DNA of 64,000 nucleotides, from contig NW_027270981.1 in the NCBI RefSeq assembly GCF_040938485.1, positions 992,001 through 1,056,000 on the forward strand, in the 5' to 3' direction. The stretch is from Diadema antillarum. Lineage: Eukaryota. Under the pieces are notes generated by a model. That model saw nothing but the letters and a program-made list of their open reading frames with translations, was not told the DNA's origin and made no database searches. The translations under genes and the position numbers were made by a program. Positions 55,921 to 64,000 of the stretch are shown here, piece after piece; the first letter of the stretch is position 1, and every line of letters begins with the position of its first letter.

Positions 55921-58716
55921 CTATACAGGAATTGCATTATTTATCACCTTGTTTGATCTGAAGTTCTTCTCAAGCTTGGCCCAAAACAAATCCTGTCTGT
56001 ATTCATCTTCTTCCCATTCCAAGTACGGTCTGTTAGCGCTCAGGAAGAGCCGTACAAGATAGGGAAGTTGGTCATCTTCAACATCCTCCTTGAAGATCAG
56101 AATCACTTTGTCCAATTTGGTTTCATTGATATGTTCTAAGGCCAAGCGAATCTTGGTCATAAACCATTGCTCCTCCACCGACTCATTGCTTATCACAAGA
56201 GCTGTCTTGAAGCTGTTTTCTAGGGCATGATGGATAGCGTCTACTAAGTACATACCAATGTGAAGATAGTCGTCACCCCAGAGAATGCTATCAAACTGAG
56301 GAAATCTTTCTTCCACGGCTGGTCTCATGACATTGTTGACCCAGTCTTCATCCCCATCAGAGAACATGATATTAAGCTGGTGCCTATAGTCCTCTGGTTG
56401 TTGATTGTCTTCCACTTCCTCATATCCCAAGATGGCTAGCTTCAGGAGATAGAGCCGGTAGCGAAACCACCAGCGCTTATAGTATACGACTATAGCCATA
56501 TAACCCACAATGACAAGGACCAGGGAAACTGATACTATAAGAGTCACATTTAAGCTACAGAATTCTTGAGGATCAAAGAGTAGAAAAGGATGATTGACTA
56601 AAGTTTCAAAAGAGGATCTTGAGCAAACAGTCTTATTTGATTGCATAAGGACAACATTGCTTAGCTCAACCCACTTTCTGAACCATGCTAAATCGCATGT
56701 GCATGAGAGTGGGTTTTGTGATAAATCTAAGTGTATAGTGGTAGGAAATAATGTACCAGGAAATATGGTGCTGAGGTGATTCTCAGATAGAAATAGTTTA
56801 AAAAGATGAGGTGTGTCATTGAACAGTGTGATTGGCAAAGACCTAACTGAACTCTTTTCAAAGAAAAGAGTTCTGAGACTGTGGAGACCATACAGGGTAT
56901 TTGCAGATGGCTCTTTAATTGGGTTACCCCTTAGATACAATGTTGTCAAGGAAGTCAAATTGTTAAATAGTCCTGGTTTCAGTACTTTGATCTCAGAGTC
57001 AGAGATATCCAAGGATTTCAGGCTTGTCAGTGAACTGAAGGTTCCAGGTTCCATGTTGTTCAAGGAATTTCCCTGCAGGTACAGCCCCTGGAGTACTGCT
57101 TGACCAGCAAACAAGGAATGGTTTGTTTGGGTATCAAACAAACTTTCACTTCCTAAATTGTTGAAACGCAAATGAAGTTTTTGCAGTGACTCGGCTCCAG
57201 TAAACTGATGTGTGGAATTCAATGCAAGTTTTGTATATGACAGATCCAGTATTTGTAAGTAAGTCATGTCACGGAAATTTTCACACAGGTAAGACGCTTC
57301 TTCTGAGATCAGATACAACTCTTGCAAATTTGGTGTGTGTGCAAATAAAAAAGGAGAATATCCTCTAATCTTGTTGTGAGACACAGTTAGAACTTTGAGA
57401 TTTGTGAGTCCCCTTAACATGCTGTGAGGAATTTTATCTAAACTATTGAAAGAGATGTCTAAAGTGAGCAGAGTTTTAGTGGTCCAAAGTCTGTAATTGC
57501 AGGAGAAAATCATGTTATTAGATAGATCAAGGTGTTGTATCATAGACAGCTGTATGAAGGAGCCAGGATGCAATATGAGAATTTTATTATGGGAAATGTT
57601 CAACTGGAGGAGGTTTTCATTGCAGTGAAATGCACCCAGTGGCAGAGAAGAAATATGATTTTCAGATATGTCCAGGATTTGCAATGAATGAAGTCCACAA
57701 AAAGATGTGTTTGCAATATTTGTGATCCTGTTCTTCTGTATCAAAAGACTTACAGTGTGATAAAAACCACAAAATGCATAGTGAGGGATTTCAACTATTT
57801 CATTGCCAGTCAACTCAATTTTCATTATGTGAGGTATGGGAACTGTATCACATGTAGACTTGTTCAGTGGAATTATCTCCTTTAGCAAAGTGCCAATTAG
57901 GGTCAGTTTCTTAATCTTTAAGCTGCCCATGAATGCTAGCACTTCAAATTTGTTAATATGATTAACATCAAGTAAAAGTGAATTAACGGTTGTGAGGTCC
58001 GAGAATACCCCAGGTGTCACTTCATTTATTTTGTTATACTTGAGGTCTAAAATGCGCAGGGAGTTATTTTGTAATGGCAGAAAAGCATGATGAGGAATGG
58101 ATATAATATTATTCAATGACAAGTTTATTTCAGATATTTTCTTCCACCGTGAAACTGACTGAAAATCAAAGGATTGTATTGAATTTTTCATTAGAATCAA
58201 TGTCTCTAAGTTTGATAAGTTTTTTATTGCAGTTACAGGTACAAAAGTAAACAAGTTATTTCCTAAATCTAAGAGACCGAGATTCTTATTAGAACATAGT
58301 AACCCAGGCTGAATTTGTGTCAACTTATTTCCTGAAAGAGATAATATTTTGAGATGAATGAGAGGTGTGAAAGCAGCATTTTCAATATGAAAGATTGCAT
58401 TTTTCTTCAAATTTAAGGTGACTAGATTCCAGATGGGTGCAAAGGAGTAATTTTGTAATTGCGTTATAAGGTTGTATGATAAATCTAAAGTGATCGTCCT
58501 GTTTGGGAGGTCTTGGGGAACTGACTTCAGATGGCAATGATTGCAGTAGACCTTGATGACTCGGCTGGTCTCTTCATAGGAGCAGCAGTTGCGTTGGAGA
58601 GACATCATCTGGTTTGGTGGGGAGGCAGCTGACATCGACAGTAGGAACACCACCCACAGCATCAGTAGAATGCAGCACAGAGCACATATTGAGGAGTGCA
58701 TCCTTATGGCAGTCAT
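55921..58716 (-). CDS. Toll-like receptor TLR-F, 931 aa
   Basis: LRR-TM-TIR, intact ORF; acceptor tttttgcag 31 nt before the ATG. Confidence 0.97.
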   Translation of the reverse strand: MTAIRMHSSICALCCILLMLWVVFLLSMSAASPPNQMMSLQRNCCSYEETSRVIKVYCNHCHLKSVPQDLPNRTITLDLSYNLITQLQNYSFAPIWNLVTLNLKKNAIFHIENAAFTPLIHLKILSLSGNKLTQIQPGLLCSNKNLGLLDLGNNLFTFVPVTAIKNLSNLETLILMKNSIQSFDFQSVSRWKKISEINLSLNNIISIPHHAFLPLQNNSLRILDLKYNKINEVTPGVFSDLTTVNSLLLDVNHINKFEVLAFMGSLKIKKLTLIGTLLKEIIPLNKSTCDTVPIPHIMKIELTGNEIVEIPHYAFCGFYHTVSLLIQKNRITNIANTSFCGLHSLQILDISENHISSLPLGAFHCNENLLQLNISHNKILILHPGSFIQLSMIQHLDLSNNMIFSCNYRLWTTKTLLTLDISFNSLDKIPHSMLRGLTNLKVLTVSHNKIRGYSPFLFAHTPNLQELYLISEEASYLCENFRDMTYLQILDLSYTKLALNSTHQFTGAESLQKLHLRFNNLGSESLFDTQTNHSLFAGQAVLQGLYLQGNSLNNMEPGTFSSLTSLKSLDISDSEIKVLKPGLFNNLTSLTTLYLRGNPIKEPSANTLYGLHSLRTLFFEKSSVRSLPITLFNDTPHLFKLFLSENHLSTIFPGTLFPTTIHLDLSQNPLSCTCDLAWFRKWVELSNVVLMQSNKTVCSRSSFETLVNHPFLLFDPQEFCSLNVTLIVSVSLVLVIVGYMAIVVYYKRWWFRYRLYLLKLAILGYEEVEDNQQPEDYRHQLNIMFSDGDEDWVNNVMRPAVEERFPQFDSILWGDDYLHIGMYLVDAIHHALENSFKTALVISNESVEEQWFMTKIRLALEHINETKLDKVILIFKEDVEDDQLPYLVRLFLSANRPYLEWEEDEYRQDLFWAKLEKNFRSNKVINNAIPV

Positions 58717-59394
58717 GGTGCCCTCAAAATGGTATTACTTTAGCTTCCTGCAAAAATATGACAGCACTAGCAAACTCCGCAGGGTATTAAAGCAAGCTGT
58801 TGAATGTTCGCAGTCTACAGGAATATCATCAGATTGCTGCGTCAGGAATTCACAGAACTCCAAATAGCACTATGTAGCTGCTTCCAGTTCTAGAGTGCAT
58901 ATATATTTCAAATGTCAATGAGTATATAGTCCCAGCAGCATATTTTGCAATGACCTCTTGCAGTTATTGGCACACCTGCATATTCATTAGTGAGGAAAGA
59001 TTGCTCTGATAGAAGACTGGAATATGTTTGCAGAGAGTATCTAGGCCTATGTAATATGCTCAGATTGCTGGTTGTGAGGTACAAAAATGTCATCTAGTTC
59101 TTGAACAGTATCATGTTGTGATATATTCATATCTTAACTGTCAGTATCCAGTATTACTAAGCTAGTCCAACAATCACATGCTGACCCAATGGTTGAAATG
59201 TCCTTATCTCAGTCTTGAAAGAATAAGTGTACAAGTGTTGTACTCACAGAAAGTTCGCTTAAGTCGATCAGATTGCACTCTTGTGACACCATGCATAAGG
59301 GCAATATGAGGTGGCTTTCTCGTTCACTGTATCCCAGTCTGTCTTGCACTAAAGATTGAAGCTTTAGGTTTTTGCGCTATGTGAGTCGAACTGG

Positions 59395-59620
59395 TATGAG
59401 CAGTTTTGTCTGCCATCACGCTGCACCCTTCCGTCTAGCGAGAGGCAAAAACACTGTCCTTAAATTGGACCAGATGTGAAATGGAGGTCTGATTCAAGAA
59501 GAAGTCTTGACTCATGTATGCAGAAGATCCCACCACATTCCTCTTCGCAAGGAGTAGGATGCACACTCAAAATGGTCCCTCCCTACACACAGACGACTGA
59601 TGTTCCAGACCCCTTGTAAT
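59395..59620 (+). mobile_element. Old SINE-core remnant upstream of TLR-F
   Basis: TCTAGCGAGAGGCAAAAACACTGTCC...AAATGGAGGTCT...TGACTCATG (59508)...AAGATCCC...CGCAAGGAGTAGG. Confidence 0.7.
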
Positions 59621-60774
59621 TCATCACACCCGCAGGTGATCAGCAAGGGCCAGCAAATGGTATAAATTCTTCACACAATGTGCCACAGGAATGAGTGCAT
59701 AGGACCATGTTTGTTTTTATGTCTTTAAGCTTGTTCCAGTTACCAGATGCAAAATGGAAAGCTCTAAAGTTAAGTAGCTGTGCGTGCAGGAACAGGTATT
59801 AAGCCAGGAGTTGCAATGACCTCGCACAGGAATTGACAGTGACAATAATATTTTTGTAAGGTCCGAGATTGATGGTCCGTTGTCATGACTACAAGTTGCA
59901 CTGCATGTCTCACTATTGTGTCTCCTGTGGGGAGGTAGTCAGTGTATGAAATAATTATAGGTGTAATTCTAGAATGTGTTCTCTAACACAGAAATGTTAT
60001 TGCGCAGTCAGAGCAGATTCATTCGCCAAATAAATCATTTATGAGACTTTCAGTTTTTGGTAGAGGCAGGGCTGTAAACTGTTGCTTTGATATCTAATAC
60101 CCGGTATGTGTATTCAATAAAGATTACTTTGCGAATCCTGTGCTTTATTGATGGAGATTTAATTTCATGAATACCATCAGGAGGAAAGTCTCATAGTTCT
60201 ACATGATTTAAAGAAGGGATGTGCAGATCACTTGACTCCACCAAGTGCATTTTCAGGCTCAAAATTCATATTTTAAACTTTGAATATGCTTGCAAAAATT
60301 TCTACCTAGTACCTACCAAGAAAGCTGTGATAGATTGCCAAGATAATCAATCATTTTGATCGTTTTGAAATCAAAAGTGTGGAATAATTTCAATCATAGC
60401 ACATGACTTTATTACTGAAGTGCCTGTCCAGTTCAATAGTGGCTAGGTATCAACTGTTACTAGTACATAATGATTGAATCATGCCCTAGCAGTAGTACAT
60501 CTACAATGTATTGCATTGCCTGCAGCAAACAGGCAGCATGCAATACCCTCTCGCATGATGGATTATGCTGTGGCCATTTACTAATCAATGCTAATGATTT
60601 TTATAAATCACATAGCAACCATCATTGTGTATCATCCAAGATTGCAATACTTCAGACATACCTTTTATGGTAATATTTGCATTTTTGTCATTACCCAACT
60701 GAAATCCAGGGCGGTGAGTTGGCTCAGTTTATAGCATGTCTGCCACCACAGCCAAATGTTTGATTGCTTAGTCT

Positions 60775-60930
60775 TACCGAGCAGTGTTTTGTGTATTGAG
60801 AATAAGAGACAAAACACTCTGTCCCTCGGATAAGACATACAATAAACTGGAGATCCCATGTGTAAGAGAGTCACTACTCATGCAGGTAAAAGATCTCACT
60901 TCATTCATCACACAGAGCAGGGTGCATAGC
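60775..60930 (+). mobile_element. SINE fragment, same family as 51238-51565
   Basis: CTGTCCCTCGGATAAGAC...ACTCATGCAGGTAAAAGATC...TTCATTCATC...GAGCAGGGTG. Confidence 0.7.
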
Positions 60931-60950
60931 CCAATATCAATTTCACTAAT

Positions 60951-61914
60951 CAGGGATGCCAGTTTTCCGGCAATAGCCGGAATTCCGGCTTTTTCATATT
61001 TTGGTGTCCAATTTCCGGCTTCATGATATTATTTCCGTCTGTGTGGGAAAGCCGGAAAACACGAGAAAGAAACAAAGAAAGAAAGAAAGAAAAACGAAAA
61101 AATATGATCATCTAAACTTACGGGACATTCACTTTCACGATTTCCGTAGTATGTTTCGCATATACTTGGGCATGAGAATATCACAAAACGACTGTCATGC
61201 AAAACTAGCGCGATGTTGCTGCTGCTAGCTGGGCCATGGGACATGCAACACGTGCGATGATAGCGATCGAACAGTGTGTGGTGTTTCTATGCGATGTACT
61301 ACTAGTATGTGCGGTCGCGGTGCAGGAATCATACTGCGCTCTCGCTATAGCAACAGCGCTGAGACGGTGTGGTGAGTCGATTGAGTCGGCTGAACGAAGC
61401 AAAACTACGGATTTTACGGCACTAGGACTTCTTTATTTTTGCTACAAATTTTTTTTTTTCTAGAATACGACCACATTATTGTCTAGAAAGCGTTATACCA
61501 GCACGTGCAATCGCGATCGAACAACATGTGGTGTTTCTAATTCTAGGCGATGTATACTGCGGTGCATGGATCATGCTGCGCTCTCGCTGTAGCTACAGCG
61601 CTGAGAGAGTATGGTGAGTCGATCGAGTCAGCTGAACGAAGCAAAACTACAGAGTTTACGGCACTAGGACTTCTTTATTTTTGCTACAAATTCATTTCTC
61701 TGGATTAGATTTGAGGAAAGAAGAGCCCTCAGAAATGCTCAGATTGCACCAGAGAGCATCTAAGAACCCCAGAGCTTCCAGGGCCCTTGAGCGGGCCCTG
61801 GACCCCAGCCAAAGGGACTTCGCGCTTCGCGCTCGTGATGTGCGCTTCGCGCACATCAGTTTCGTTCACAAAAAAAATTTCCGGCCCAAGAGCAATTTGC
61901 CACTGGCATCCTTG
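60951..61914. mobile_element. hAT-like non-autonomous element with apparent 6-bp TSD
   Basis: TIR CAGGGATGCCAGT / ACTGGCATCCTTG; ACTAAT flanks both ends (60945-50, 61915-20); internal 242-bp tandem duplication at ~61250-61695. Confidence 0.7.
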
Positions 61915-63431
61915 ACTAATATGACATTGATGTAATATGCAACCCAAGAAGGTACATAACTTGAGACATTTTCAAGTGGAGCTGACACTTTGTACAGAGT
62001 GAAAATGCACATGAAAGTTCTTGTCTACACTTTACATATTGAATGTTAGAGGCAGCTCATGAATATTTAGTGCCGCGAAGAAGGCTTCAATTTGCGAAAA
62101 TTTCGTGCCGTGAAAATATCATGCTTTACAGTAGTGCATTATCAAAAATGAAATAAACCTTTGCATACAGTGTGGTAGATGCTTCAGGAACAATAGGTTG
62201 TTAGCCATGCAGCTATAGGAAGAGCAGAATACTTTTGCATAATTACTAATTTCATATGCACCTAAATTGCATAAATGACCCCGCGAAAAAACAAAACAAA
62301 CAAAACAACAAAACAGCACGTCTTATAAGTCCTGTTTACCTCTGGGAACAGTGATTTCAAAAATGTTCATGATTTCACATTTGATGCATATGTGCAGGTC
62401 TGTTGTATCACATAACATTCTACCATATAAAATTTTTACAATAAGGCCTAAAATATGAGGAGATCTGGAAACATTTTTGTTAAATCTATTTTTCACATTT
62501 TGTGTACTTAACAATACTTAACATCGATTATACGAATTCATTTTTTTTTTTTTTTTACAGTAGTTTCTGTTTCTAACTCACATTTTAGAACTATCTAAAG
62601 CACTAATGCTGGATTTGTGTGTCATCTATGATACAAATGGTAAATTATGCCTTAAAGCTTTTGATTTAAATCTAATTTCAGGGGTCATAAGCCATGCTTT
62701 GCTGTAATCTTTAAAACGCATGAGCATTGCCAACCATGCACATGGTATTAAAAAAAATGACGTAATTCAAGAATGTCTTCAGCGGTCTCTTCAAAAAAGT
62801 GGTCTTCTGTGGTCTTTCCACAGTCTTTCTGCAATCTCTCAATGAGCACTCAAGGGTTTTGCTAGTCGTATATTTATCTTCTGTTAGTCTTGCAAGAAGC
62901 CACATTTTTGGAGGTCACTAAATATTATTGAGAGATCATTGAGGAACCATTGAAAGACTAATCTCTCAGAGATCTTGAATAAATCATAATCTCTAGAAGA
63001 TCTCAGGGAGTATGCCAGATGATCTTTCAGTGATCTCTCACAGTAGTCTTAGTGGTCTCTCAGTGAACTTTCAGCAATTTTCAAGGTCCCACGTAGATCT
63101 CTGAAAAATTTGCTAGCAAATTAATTTTTGATTCTTCAATAATCTTTTGAGGGTTCTTAGAACCATTCCACATAGACACTTTTTTTATCTGGTCTCGGAA
63201 ACAGGTTGAGGGATCTTGCCACTTTGGGTCTCTCACATCCCATTTATACAGGGCATCAAGAGCCCTCCAGGGGCACTCCTGATCCCCTCTGAGCTCTGTA
63301 CGAACTGTCAGTCACGACCTGGGGTGCTCTAAAATTATGACCCCCTCCCCTCTCCAGCCTTTAGGCTCAAGAGTGCTCCTGATGTGCCCTAACCTCTTGA
63401 TAAATGGTCACCAACATTTAGAGCACTTGAT

Positions 63432-63605
63432 CAGGGGGGGCATTTCATGAAGGAACATGTCAGATAAAATATCTGACAAGTCAATTATATCCGACAAGTT
63501 TTGAGAAATTCTTTAGTCAGATTGGCTGGTTTCTCTGAACTTGTCGGATATGACTGACTTGTCGGACATTTTATCCGACAAGTTCCTTCATGAAATGCCC
63601 CCCTG
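63432..63605. mobile_element. Palindromic MITE
   Basis: CAGGGGGGGCATTTCATGAAGGAAC...GTTCCTTCATGAAATGCCCCCCTG with internal TCCGACAAG/CTTGTCGGA repeats. Confidence 0.8.
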
Positions 63606-64000
63606 GAAGTGGTATTTGGTGCACCGGAAGTGTGCCCCTCTCAGCCGATTTGCATGTGGTCTGAGCAAGTGGTGATTCTCCGTCTATGAACAGATTTAGA
63701 GGGGCCTATTAAAGTCAAAGCGTTTCAGGAGCACTCCTCGGCCCAGCTTTGTGTATAAATGGGGTATAAGTGGCCTCTCAAGGGTTTGCTTTATGCAGAA
63801 TAGGGTCCCTCATTTATGTCACACAAGGGCTAAATAGAGGAAATACATAAAGTGACCATATTTTTGTCTTTCACGCTATTCCCAAAACTCAGCACATTGA
63901 TGCCAAAAAGAACATTTCTGGTAACAAGTAGGAACCAGTAAAATAAATTTATTCTTTAAACTGATATTGACACAGTTCAAGTTTAATGAACAAAACCAAT

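Noticed and set aside
12112-58867. Many short + strand ORFs overlapping the TLRs
   Set aside because: Antisense shadows of the TLR frames; their recurrence follows paralog similarity and their stops are not conserved.
62660-62760. Candidate next WDR49 exon (ttcag GGGTCAT..., G-H motif)
   Set aside because: The translation does not resemble a WD40 continuation and stops early.

Overview
Eukaryotic genomic DNA, probably an echinoderm. A sea urchin is inferred from the TIR-domain type and the repeat families; the species cannot be determined. The + strand carries seven in-frame exons (1-9154) of a WD40 gene resembling WDR49/CFAP337. Its last visible exon ends at a splice donor, and I found no further exon by eye. 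The remaining ~55 kb holds six intact Toll-like receptor genes on the - strand, each with a single coding exon (TLR-A to TLR-F, 919-945 aa: signal peptide, LRRs, LRR-CT, TM, TIR), so the cluster is probably nested antisense in a host intron. The cluster shows active remodelling. TLR-D is a chimera of TLR-C and TLR-E at the junction of a ~6.4/6.8 kb tandem duplication. A seventh gene was deleted, leaving its splice acceptor and first 9 codons. The paralogs are sequence mosaics. Each repeat unit carries recurring non-coding modules: a splice acceptor 31 nt before the ATG, an old SINE-core-derived segment about 0.6-0.9 kb upstream (with an AP-1 site in 4 of 7 copies), and an ETS-motif block. Many non-autonomous transposons are interspersed (hAT-like, Tc1/mariner-like, Kolobok- and piggyBac-like MITEs, Helentron-type HINEs, SINEs). 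All comparisons were made by eye; no database search was run.
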